Assembly (NCBI GenBank): GCA_020536535.1
Contig: JAHLWZ010000524.1
Location: forward strand, 1 to 37,670
Origin: Pelomyxa schiedti
Taxonomy: Eukaryota > Protista > Evosea
Direction of reading: 5' to 3'
Length of the DNA stretch: 37,670 bases
The first letter of the stretch is position 1. Each line of letters starts with the position of its first letter. Under the pieces are notes generated by a model. That model worked only from the letters and a program-made list of their open reading frames with translations. It made no database searches and was not told where the DNA came from. The position numbers and the translations under genes are program-made. Below are positions 24,504-36,097 of the stretch, one piece after another.

Positions 24504-24727
24504 TGTAGCGTAGTGTCTTCGTGCCCGGGCCTACCCTCAACACCAATGTTTTTTTTGTTTTTTTGAAGTTGGCAACTTTCCGTTTCTGAGGGTGTAAAAG
24601 GTTGATTGGCAACTTACTATCCCGGCAGATCATGGCACCAATGATTGAAGCACACACCCCCAATTGTGGGCCCCATCCAGCATTTCCCTCAATCTCGTGC
24701 GACCATCACAGGTGTCAAAAGTCAAAA

Positions 24728-24780
24728 CAGAGTGTGGTGCAACGAATCAAACGAAAAAAAAAAAAACCAGAGTGTGGTGC
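24728..24780. promoter_or_regulatory. Direct repeat CAGAGTGTGGTGC x2 in the divergent CAND1/TMEM258 promoter
   Basis: Exact 13-mers at 24728-24740 and 24768-24780, each preceded by an A-run. Confidence 0.45.
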
Positions 24781-24861
24781 GTGTGAGGGGTGTAGATCTC
24801 AGCGGGGGTTTGTGTAGCGACATATCACAGTAATCACATCAACGACACACGGTAACGTAAG

Positions 24862-25392
24862 ATGGAGATGGAGTTCACAAGGCCTGCGTACCCTGTGGTG
24901 CGAACAAAAACAAACAAAAAAAACAACCCCAACAATGAATGCGGCTTTGTGACCTACATTGCTATTGTTATTAACCTTATGTAATAACAGTGTTTGGTTT
25001 GTTACACAATTAATTGTGAAACATTTCCATACCACTACATCGCGGAATGACCTTCTTTTATTGTAGGTGCCATTGGCGTTGACACCGCTATTCAGTGTTA
25101 TTTGTTTTGGCATTGGATTGTTCTTCGCCGCATGGCTTTTCGTGTAGGTACCCGAAGTGAATACTGATTCCGTTAACATGCCTTTTTATTTAGGGTAATT
25201 TCCTCGAAAAAAGGAACAAAGAAGGATGCAGGTCTCAAGACACCCAAAAAGACTGACGCTGCCACCACGACCGCAACTGGAGCCATCAAGTCAAATCCAA
25301 TATTTGCCGAATTACTGCTTGCCAGTGGTGCATCATTCTTCCTTGGCTGGGGATCCCTGTTCTTACTGCTGTGGACTGGTGTCTTTCTATGA
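24862..25392 (+). CDS. TMEM258: Oligosaccharyltransferase subunit TMEM258/OST5 (3 exons; absent from ORF track)
   Basis: Spliced MEMEFTRP|VPLALTPLFSVICFGIGLFFAAWLFV|VISSKK...FAELLLASGASFFLGWGSLFLLLWTGVFL*; matches the two-TM TMEM258/Ost5 pattern. Exons 24862-24885, 25067-25143, 25194-25392. Confidence 0.88.
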
Positions 25393-25600
25393 CCATTTTG
25401 GTTCACTCTATACTACAGTATGTAGCAGAAGAAGAATAAATGCACAATTTTTGTGCAATAGGAATTCTCTCTGAATGAAGTTCCAAAATCATACTTCAAT
25501 AATTATTGCAGGTGTATGCCAGTTTTCTATTTTTTGCGCACTTTTATACAAGTGGTGCTGTGTGGTGACTTTTTTCTTTTTCTGTATCTTTGGTGTGTTG

Positions 25601-26683
25601 TTAGTTGTTTGGTGGCAGAATCCCCGTTCCAAACAGTATAGCAAGTATCACAACAATCAGAACAACCTTTTTTGGTTAATTAATTTCGGCACTGTTAGTT
25701 ATTTGTTTTAGTCATACCGCACAACCACCTGCAAGGATAATGGTCCATTTTAGATTCCTTCTGCACATTGCCTTCTTAAGCCGTTCACTCTTCAATTTAA
25801 ATTGATGGGAGTTGGAACTGAGGTCCTCTGTTTGTTCAACAAGCAACTCAATCCGGTCTCCTCGTTCTAAGACCTTATCTGGCAGTTTTTGCATAGTATC
25901 AAATTAGTTTAAAGTTGTCAAAAGAATTAGGGAACCTATGTTTGTCACCATAATTTGTTTTACATTTTCAACTTCCGCTCTTACTGCTTCTATTTGATTA
26001 CCGGCTTGTGCATTTGCAGAGAAGAACTCCTTATGAAATCATTACTATTATTCAAAAGAAGAGGAAAGAGTATATGAACCATTTGTTCCTTTAGAACACG
26101 GGCAAAGGCTTCGTAATTTTTTGGGTTTTGAGCTGTTACCGGGTTCTTCAAGGCAGTAGAATAAGTGCCTAAAAATCTAGATACAGAAATGGGCACGTCT
26201 AGGTACATTCCCCTCTTATTACCTTAGAACTACCTTTTGGAGATATCATCCAAAAAAATAAATGGTCTCGTGTGTCCTGGGGTAAAGTTAGATGATCAGA
26301 ATCAATCCAAGGAGTACCAATAGATTCATCAGCTAATGTCATAAAGATAATGCCATTCTCGTCTCCCACGCAGTGAAATACATACCTAGTTACAATTTAA
26401 GCCGAGCGGTTTTCTTCCTAAGGAGGACTACAAGAAAACAAATACCCTTGGTAAGCATAGGACTTTGGTTTAGTAACATCAGTGAGTGCCCAGTTCGTTA
26501 GAATCCGACGCGCAATTTCTATTAACAAATGTTAATACCAATACTATTCGCCCTTGGTTTGCATAGAAACGAACCTGAGAATGTACCCCTGAATGGGGAA
26601 TATTCAACCAAAGGTACAGCACCAGCAGCCACAACTGTATACACCAAATTACCCCCTCCTCCACTATTAGAAGTACCACTCAT
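25601..26683 (-). CDS. VAMP7: Longin R-SNARE VAMP7-like
   Basis: Longin LVYTVVAAGAVPLVEYS...IARRIL...SYAYQGYVFH...RPFIFLDDI; R-SNARE DKVLERGDRIELLVEQTEDL; C-terminal TM helix. Confidence 0.9.
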
Positions 26684-26835
26684 CACTCCAAATAACCTAT
26701 TGAATTCAAAACTGTGTGCTCGATCTTTTTTGATGATGGGGCGGCACCAAGAAAACAACCGAAAAAATTCAAAAAGGGGGTGATTCTTGTTGTTTGATTG
26801 TAATAATGGTTAGCACAAAATGTATGTGGTTGCGG

Positions 26836-29229
26836 TCAGTCAGTCGATGTGCGGTACAGAAGCTTGTCCACTCCGTCCATTACTAGTAGAAGTGCTTGTG
26901 TTTGTTTGAGCGCAACAGCTCGGGCCATGTCACATACGCTGCTGAGGAACTCGCTATCTGACAGCATTGCAGAGAGCGGAACTACGCTCGCGGGTGTGGT
27001 GTCATCCGCGCATCGCGAGTGGAGTACTGAAAGGAGCTGGACTGTCGCGTCGAAGTGCGGAGCGTTCCTCTGTAGCCCGCACGCGGCAATGTATCTTTCA
27101 CTGCTGACGATGTGGCTGTTCTGCGGCTTCACGATGAACACCTCTTCAAATAGCAGAGCGAGAACGTAGAGGAGGGACACGGTCAGGTGAGAGAACTGTG
27201 TGGTGTAAGTGTTGTAGTTCCGCTGATGAAAAAAGGAAATTACCGTGTCAAATAATTTGCAGACAAAGGTTCCTCCAGCTTTCAAGCATGAAAGGGCCGT
27301 AACAACTTCACTTAAAATCAATCTACCGGTGACAAGTTCCTGCAAATTCTCCATGTGCTTTCCGGTTTCACTATCTTGTCTGATAGTAAAATCACCATCT
27401 GACACAACCAAATCCACTCCACTCCCCCTCCTATCGCACTCTCTTTTCAATTCCTTGGCTACCTCAGCAATATTCTTTGGATTGTAGATATTGCCGGTGC
27501 CATCTCTGCCTCTCAGTGCCCTCCATCTCTTATTTTGTGATAGTTGCGGGAACCACCATTTATTGTCAGGAGCACCGGCATCACGGCTGAGGGTTACGCC
27601 CCAGCCATAGGATGGTTGTGGGGCTCTATTTAAGAGCACTTGTGAAAAAGCGCCGGGTCCTCCACAAAGGTCAAGGAAGGTCAGACCTGTTCCAGAATTT
27701 AAAAAGAGATCAACTTCTTCCTGAATCTTATATAGAAGTTATTGTTTGTGTTGAAAAACTGAGTAGTAATTTACACTGTCGTATACCTGCCATAATTTAT
27801 CTCCATCTCGATTTGCATATTGCTTTGCACGCCTGTCGTGTTGGAATATCGCCTCCCGGATTGTTTGGTAAGCACTATAACTGCCATTGTCCCACACTGA
27901 ATCCATCCTGGTCTTTTGTTTCCACAAACCCTCCACCACTTCTACTGGGCACCATGACCCAACTAACATCCTTTTTTCATCCCAAATAGAAGCTTGCCTC
28001 AGGTCCTCATGATTCTCAACAGTTTCCATCACTTCTGGCACATCTCCCTTGGGGTCTGCTACACGTGTCTCCACGACATTCGCTTTATCTTCAAAAACCT
28101 CGCCTTCCTCTTTTTCCTCATCTTTTGTAGGTTCTTTTGCCTCTGTGGGTTCTGGCTTGTTAACTCGTTTTCTGGTGATCAACAGGCCTTGAATCATGGA
28201 CTGGGCATTAAACCTGGAAAAGTCAGATATTCTCACTCTCATGCACTCCGTTCTTTCTCTTGGTGCACTTTTCCTAGCAATTTGTGCAACTTCCTCCACA
28301 ACCTTGCTGCTGTAGCTCCCCATACCTCCTCCGCTGCTTAGGGCACCCATTCTATGAGAAGACATAGATGAAGAAGGTACCCTCCGATTTTTGGAAACGG
28401 GCTGCAGAGTTGAATCTGGGGGAACATCACCCTCACGCGGTCGCTTCCTGGATGCCGCGGCATCATCTGCAGCGTCGGCATTAGTGTCTGATATGGCGGA
28501 AGAAGCCTTTCTTTCCTTCACCTGTCTTAATGATATAATGTTCCTCTTCACAGTCGGGGCGCGGCTCGCAACGGCAGTTGCCGCGGCACTGCCAGAAGTG
28601 CTGCTCTCAACGACCGAGCCCCGCGAACTCCGCTCTCGTTCTCGTTCATCTCCCCTATCGGTGCTGGGAGACGAAACACTAGGCTCAACCGCCAAACACG
28701 CCTCCTGCTGTTGCTGCGGCTGCTGAGGACGAGGCAGTTTCTCGCTGTTCTCTTCCTTGTGCGGTTGTCGCTCCACCCCTTCCGCGCTCCCACCGTCGCC
28801 GGCTTCTTTAGCTGCATCGGGCACAGCGTCGTCGCCGCCCTGCAGCTCGCCGTCTTCCTTTCCACCGCCGACGCCGACGTCACCGCGGGTCTCGGTCTCC
28901 TGCCTGGCGGTCTCCCCGTAGATCTCGCCACCGCCACCGTCGCGGTTGTCGGTGTCGTCGCTTTTCGCCTTGTCGCCGTCGCCGTCTCCTCCCATTTCCG
29001 CGATCTCCGGGGCGTCTGTTTCCGTCGCGTTCGGTGCAACGGTGTCGGTTTGGGGCGGGGGCGGGGGCGTTTGCAGGGCGCGATCCGATCCGTCGCTTTC
29101 AATCGCGGCCTCACACACGTCTTCCGTCGGCGGGGCACCCGTCTCCTCCTCTTCTTCTTGCCTCTCGTTGTCCTCCCGCTGCTCTGTCGTCTCGTCGTCG
29201 TCTCCTCCTCCTTCCGGCCGCGTGTCCAT
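26836..29229 (-). CDS. CMTR1: Cap-specific mRNA (nucleoside-2'-O) methyltransferase, FtsJ/RrmJ fold, CMTR1-like, with long acidic disordered N-terminus
   Basis: YANRDGDKL, FLDLCGGPGAFS, GWGVTL, DGTGNI, DLVVSDGDF, ENLQE, GGTFVCKLFD, VKPQNSHIVSSERY; K-D-K-E tetrad present. Confidence 0.82.
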
Positions 29230-29411
29230 CGCTCTGCGTTTGCAAATACAAGAAAAAAAATGATTGGGGGGCCTGAACCACCAGATCTGGGCAGGGGAGT
29301 GGTGTCAACCAGTGACAGGGGTTAGGCATCTGTGCCCGGCGGGTGGGGTTTCGTTGAGTTCCCCGGGCATCAGGGCAGATCTCAAATCAAAAACCCAAAG
29401 ACGATACGGAT

Positions 29412-31869
29412 ATGACGGACGGGAGCGGTGGTGACGGTGCCAACGTGCGAGAGAAAAGGGAGAGTATGAGGGTGGCACTTGAGGGCGAGGAGATGCAGGT
29501 GTCGCAGCCTCACTACGATTACGTGCTGTCAAAGTGTGAGTGTTTTGCTTAGCGGGGTTCTGCCCCTCCCCATCCCTCTTTTTTTCTTTTGGCTGTTTCG
29601 TTTCAGTGTTGGGTTGTTTGTTTGTTAGTGATAAATGGGGACACAGGTATTGAGCTGTCGGATTATTTTGAACTGTCGCAAGAAACTTTGGTTGTCAAGT
29701 TACAAGCTTTCAGAATCAACAGGAAAATGCCCCCGGTATTTCCTCGTCTTGCCTTGAAGCTTCCTGCTCAATGTCTTAGCATTGTCAATCTAGGAGAGCC
29801 CAATAACTATGGATGAAATAAACGCATTCAGTGCCGATCTCCGAGCAAAACAGCCCCAGGTTGTGCGAAGACTCCCACCAAGGCAACCGCAACTCTCTTC
29901 AGCTGCTGCTCCCGTGTCCCGTGTGCCCTCTGCCGTTCAAATTGATGTATTCCTTCAAATTTTTGTTACCAAACCCACCCGTAATCAGGATGACTTGATT
30001 CAAGCAATGATGGACACGGCAGTTTTTATGTATCAGCACGGATTATTGTATTTATGAAACTAATTCCAATGAAGTGATGAGTACAAAAACCGACCAGAGA
30101 AAGGACAACTTGTTGGAGAATTTAATTTTCCCACAAACACCTCAATTCCGTTACTTGTCTCTGCAGAGACAAGGACAAGGCCTCAAGTGGCATTTGACTC
30201 TACTTGCGTTATGAAGCCTTACAGATATGGTTATGATTTGCTGGACAAAAAATTCGATGGTAATTTGTCCCTCGTTTGCAACAACACTTTAAATGTGTTT
30301 TTATTTGTTTGAAGCGGAACTAATTGTCCAGCATTATTCAGGCGCCTCAAGGTGTTGGGACGGGCATTTACCAAAGACTTGAATATGAAATTCTCTGTAT
30401 CATTTGATGAAATCTCTCAAGTAAAAAATGAAGTGCCCATTATTGCTCTGTTTACCAACCATCCTCAGGACGAGTCCAGTCCAGTTGCGGCACTTGTATC
30501 CTACAGTGTGGCTGAAAGCTCCTTCACACCTCACAATGTGGTGTTGCAAAGTCACGCTTCCAGATTGCCACTGGTTCTTGGGTGAGTGATCCAAATTCTG
30601 AAATATCCCTTTAATCCACTCAGAGGGAGCGAACTAAGTTACAATCTCTTTCCCGGCCAAGTTATTCTTGTCAATGGGTCCAACCGTGGTGTTATAAACC
30701 CAACCGATATCAAGATTGTGAGTGACTGTACCATTTCAACACCATTCCTCTTACACGCGTGCAAACAGGGAACACCAGCTCCGCTTTTCCCTCTTGCCGC
30801 CACTCTGGCTCGAAGCTATTCCCTGATAGTGGCCGCGGGACCCTTTGCACCCACTCCGGATGCATACTCTGACTCACCCATTTCCTTTGAACCCCTGAGC
30901 GATCTTCTGAAATATGTAGATGATTCACTTCCAGATATTGTGATACTGGTACCTATCAATTCGCTCGTTCGTGGGAACTAACAGCGATGTAATATCTTCA
31001 GGTAGGACCCTTCATCGATGCACAGAATCCGACCCTCAGATACCAGACAACTGATTCCGAAACCATTTTCATAAATTCTGTTGTCAAACCAATCCAGAAG
31101 GTAATAAACGATTTCTGTGGAAGTTGACGCCTCACATCCAAAAGATGGCAAGCAAACACACCAACACGCACTTTGTCATGGTGCCCTCACTGAATGACTT
31201 GGCGCATCCTCACTGTGTGCTCCCACAACCACCTTTCCCTTCCGTATTTTTCGGGACGAACCAGGTTTGCTCCCAATCACACTCTATGACTTGACTAACC
31301 AATGACACAGTTGCTATCTCTTGCCTCCAATCCATGCACAATGGAAGTTGACACTGCTTTTTCCATTGGAGTGACATCGGTTGACATTTTATCTGACTTG
31401 AACACAAATACCATCATCAAGTCTTCCACACCCACAGACCGCACCTCTGCGTTGGTGAAGCACATCCTGCTTCAGAGAAGGTTTCTTTTCCTCCACCGAC
31501 TATATAAATACCACCGGTAACTCATTTCTGCTTCAGTTTCTACCCGCTGTTCCCACCGGAAGAAGGTGTCAACCTGGATGGCGACCGCATGGACTCACTG
31601 ACAATGTCAAAAACTCCAAGTGTTCTCGTTCTGCCGTCCGCACTCGGCCCCTTTGCCGAGGTATGCACACAACCAACCACAACCGCGTACTGCATCTAAC
31701 TTCTGATCAGATGGTTGAAGGGTCTCTGTGCATCAACCCAGGCCGCATCACCAAAGGCGCATATGGTGGTACCTTTGCACACATCACAATCACACCCCAC
31801 CAGCACCAGCAGGAACAATACAATACCCCACCACAACCGCAATTCAACACCAAAATACTAAAAATATGA
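29412..31869 (+). CDS. POLA2: DNA polymerase alpha subunit B
   Basis: CIELSDYFELSQETLVVKLQAF; YNLFPGQVILVNGSN; IVAAGPF; VGPFIDAQNP; VPSLNDLAHPHCVLPQPPF; SNPC; HILLQRSFYPLFPP; CINPGRITKGAYGGTFA. Confidence 0.92.
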
Positions 31870-32040
31870 GAGGGATCCCATAAAATCTGTGGCGTGCCAC
31901 AATTACAACAGCCTAACTTTCTGGGAACTGGAAGTTGGTCACGGACCAATCGCCGCAACGCTTGTCACCTCGTTGTCCACCCGCGATCCCGAGATTGATC
32001 GGGGTCATTGGCGCTTGGCCCTTTCCCTAGCAGTGTCATT

Positions 32041-33944
32041 ATGGGAGACGAAGACGACCCCCCCACGCGGTGACGTGGCCGTCGCTCCCACATTTTGGCC
32101 CAACAGGCCAACCCTTACGACAGCTAGCAACCACGCCCACGACCAATGGCCCTGCCCTGAGCTTTGTTTTTTTCACATCGCATCAAAGGCAGATCAGTTC
32201 ACACATTTTTGGAATTTGCCGGTGCTGCGGCAACCAATCCACTTGGCTTGCAAGCGGGATGAAGAAAGGGGAGGATCTCCTTCTCCCGAGCACATCGGCT
32301 GCTCATGGGACATCGACAACAGCTAGTAGTACTACTAGAACTGCTTCTGCTTCTGCTTCTGCTTCGACCGAGAACGGCGAAGATGGGACTGGGCACGTGG
32401 TGGGAATGATGCAAGACCCCGTCTCGATCTCGATCCCACCAATTTCCACCAATTCAAGCTCTCAGGATGATTTTATTTCCCTCTCTGAGTATGGTGGTGC
32501 TGACTGGCGCAGTTTTGAGGTTCATTCTCCTTTTTATTTATATATTGCAATATATATCCACCATTCATCTCACGTTTTTCATTTTGTCAGAACTCTCTTG
32601 TTGTTACAAAGAACCCAACTCCTGTTACTGCAACCTGCGACTCTAGTCACGAGCCTGATCAAACAGTTACGCAACAGCTTAGTGAAGGACATCAGCACAT
32701 TGATTTTTCTCAGCCTATATCTTATCATCACCCACAAAGAAAAAGAGGACGCTACACCGGCTTCCATTCATCACAACCACAAGAAAACCATCCCAATGAT
32801 AGCAAGGCCCATAACAAAAACAAGCTGGGCACTACAACTACAGCAGCCTCCAAACCTACTACAATAAGAAGTCCGGCTGCACTGGTGAAGAAGAACAAGC
32901 AACACTGTGAGAAGTACACCGCGATCTTGAATTCAAGTACAACTTCCACGACATCCTTCAGCACCTCTGAGGTTCCAACCTTTTTCCCCACCCCGTGTTT
33001 GATTCGCAACAATATCTACACAGCCTGAGGAGTGTAAACTGTCTCCATATTTGACCCCAGAGGACGCCCTCAACTACAAGGAGTTAGCGATTAGGAAGCA
33101 GGAGTATCTTGACAAGGCCCACACCTCTGATAGCATAATAATAGCCTCAACTATTCCATTGTAAATAAAATCTCATTGTAGGTTGAAAATGCAGCCGGGC
33201 CGATTCCTGGTTATAACCCGGCACCCGATACTTCAGTGTGTACAACTAACCGCATCACAAAGTAAATGGTCAAAAAGGTACCTGAAGAAAAGGAAGAACA
33301 GTATCAGCTGGATTCGTTTATTCTGAATTGCATGAAACTTAGGGGTTTTCCCCAGCTTACACATGAGTAACACATGGGAATCCAACAATATACCTTACTT
33401 TCACAGGTTCGAAAAGAAAAGTGGAGTCTTCTTTGATGGTGCCCATTTCAGAAGCTTAATTGAAACGTTGAAGTTCTCTGAATCCAAAGATTACATCTCC
33501 GCCTTCACCCGGTACTTTTTCACAGTGAAGCACCTTTGGTTTAACCAAAGTAGTCTTACACCAGTAGCCGTTTCTGTGTTTTCCGCATTTGAATCTCTGT
33601 TGCATGATCCAGAAGAGTGTGCTGATTGATTGCAACTAACTTCTTCTTGCTGACTCTATATCGGGTACCAGCCACCATTAATAATATTGTCACTAACTCG
33701 TCTAGATGGTCCTGGTGAAGCTGTGAAGCAACTCTTCAAGTGGATGGATCAAAAGATAATCCAACCAGAGTTACAGTCCAAGCAAAAGTTGCCAACTCTC
33801 ACTCACTCTGAAATTGCCACAATTCTGCACACCTTAAATCAAGCCACAGAACCAAACCCAAACAGTGTCAGTCCAAAATCAACAGAAATCACTCAACCAC
33901 AGCAACCCCTGCAGTCCCTTTCTCTAGAAAAGAAAAACACATAA
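32041..33944 (+). CDS. Multi-exon hypothetical protein
   Basis: ATG at 32041 and a chain of coding-like segments with GT-AG gaps (RFEKKSGVFFDGAHFRSLIETLKFSE, AVKQLFKWMDQKIIQPEL); no family recognised; exon structure uncertain. Confidence 0.55.
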
Positions 33945-34736
33945 ATGGCACCTTATCACAACACTTCTTGACAAGTAACATGTGCTTTATGACATTGTTG
34001 CTTTCTGCCATTTGGAAGGCTGGGGGGCCTGGGGCCGTTTTCTTTTTTCTGAATGTGGGGCTGCGCTCCAATTCTGAACGAGTTTTATGCATCACAGCAC
34101 TCAATTGCCACACAAGGCCACAACAAACACAATAAATCCCATGTCCCATAATTCTGATTTGGAAAAAAAAAGGGTTAAGAAAACGCATTGGTTTGACATT
34201 TGGGCATTGATCCCCCACAAAATGGTTGCAAGAAACATTGCATTGAGAGATATAAGACCTAATTTGGCATTTGAACAATGTACCCAATGACACTTGACCA
34301 TTTTTGGCTGTAAAAATCGAAAAAAACAGATGCACCCTTTTTACTCTCTTCCCCAGAACAATGGAATGGTAGTGGCAGAGGTATCAGGAAGTCCAAAGTG
34401 CACACAATCCCCCATCAGGTTTTTTTGTTTTTGGGAGGTATGTACTTGCTGATGTAGTGGTTAAGAGTTCAGGGCACAACATTCAGCATGAGGATGTTAA
34501 CAAAACAAAGACACCCTTTCCCAAAGGCCACAATAGTATGTATAACAACCTGCCGCACCTTTACTTAGTTTAAGCTAGGGTGCTTGGCTCAGCTGTCCAT
34601 AGCACTGCCTCTATGCCTTAGTTGCTGAGAGGGTGCAGGTTCAAAAGCAGTAGAGCTCATCCTAACTTTTTGGCGAACCTTTTTGGTGATTGTTTTGCTG
34701 GTGACCCACAGTTACCCGCCACGACCCTCACAAAGG

Positions 34737-34839
34737 GGTCGAATGAAATCCGAGTAGATCCACAAAGGGGTCGAGTAGACCCACAAACAGGTCGAACGAA
34801 ATCCGAGTAGATCCACAAAGGGGTCGAGTAGACCCACAA
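34737..34839. repeat. Tandem repeat, 2 x ~53 bp built from CGAGTAGAYCCACAA subunits
   Basis: Units start at 34737 and 34790; four CGAGTAGA(T/C)CCACAA copies; degenerate ACCCACCA-rich sequence continues to ~34960. Confidence 0.85.
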
Positions 34840-34948
34840 CCCACCACAACTTTCACAAAAACCCACAGTGACATTCACGAAAGACCACAGCAACACATTC
34901 GCAAAAACCCACCACCATCCTCACAGAAACCCACCACGACAAGCATCA

Positions 34949-35901
34949 CTAAAAACCCACCATGACTTTGTAAAAAGGGAGGTTTAACTCAAAGAACACA
35001 GTATTGTCAGTGTACTTTGAGTGATAAGGTCCAGTCTCAACGAAACCAAGAGACTTGTATAATTTTATTGCTGGGGTCATGTGGGACAAAGTGTCCAGCC
35101 AGAATTTCTGATATCCAAGCCCTTTGGCTTTCTAGGTTTTTGGTATTTAGTAACATTCCACAAAAAACACATAGCATACTGCAATTATTGCCTTTGCCAG
35201 AATTCTGCCAATTCCAGTGCGTTGGTATTCAGGGAGAATGAACATTCTCTTCATTTCTGCAGATATATCATCAAGACGGCGGCAACCTTTGTTTATCCGT
35301 TAATAAGTCATATCTTAACCTAACCTCCAAGACAGGAAATAAGACATGTTTGCATAAACTTATTCCCGCCTGTATATAGATATTACACATTATAAAGACA
35401 CAGTGGTAGTGGTAAATCAAGATATATAACCTACACAGCCTATGTATTCAGACGAATTGGTTTTTACCAACAGGAAGCATCCCCTGTTGTCACGTCCATA
35501 CATCTGACTCATGTTCTCAAGTTCTTCCCTGAAACCTGAGCTCCCCACAAGTCAAAACAAAAAAAAAAACAAACAACATTATCCACTGGCGCCACAAACA
35601 ACAACAACAAGTGAGGCCAGATGGGTGCGTGACTGTGATGTTATGTTACTGTTATTATTATAGTTGGTGTTGTTGTTGCCATTGGATGTATGGGGGTGGT
35701 TGTCAACGTGCCTTGGTACTGGAGGTCCACGCCCAGCAGTGACTGGTACTTTGTGGCCAGCGCCCTGGCCCACTCCCACTGCCCATCGCTCTCACACTCC
35801 TCAATCGCCAAACCCCCACCATCATCAGCTCCGCCTCCTCCGCGATGACTACTACCATCGTCGTCGCGTATTGTTGTCGTGCATTGGCACCTCGGCATCA
35901 T
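34949..35901 (-). CDS. GNAT-family N-acetyltransferase, bacterial-type sequence, 4 exons (mostly absent from ORF track)
   Basis: Spliced WARALATKYQSLLGVDLQYQ|GFREELENMSQMYGRDNRGCFLLVKTNSSEYIGCV|GCRRLDDISAEMKRMFILPEYQRTGIGRILAKAIIA|KAKGLGYQKFWLDTLSHMTPAIKLYKSLGFVETGPY; acetyl-CoA motif QRTGIG. Confidence 0.88.
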
Positions 35902-36097
35902 CCCCCCCACCACCACGGCAACAGCCGAGCACAGACGGCAAGATCGTTTTCAAAGGTGGAGAGTTGAAGACGAAAAACAAGAGTGCCCCTTTTCCTCGTT
36001 TTACAATGACCTGTGGTTCTGTATTGGGTGGACTGGGGGAAACACTGTCATCACTCAGAAGGAGCGGTTGAAATGAAGCGCCAATCCTTTTTTATTT

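Noticed and set aside
28391-29329. Multiple overlapping ORFs on both strands
   Set aside because: Shadows of the GC-rich CMTR1 first exon.
34737-34839. CRISPR-like repeat/spacer appearance
   Set aside because: Spacers are short and themselves repeated; eukaryotic context; no cas genes.
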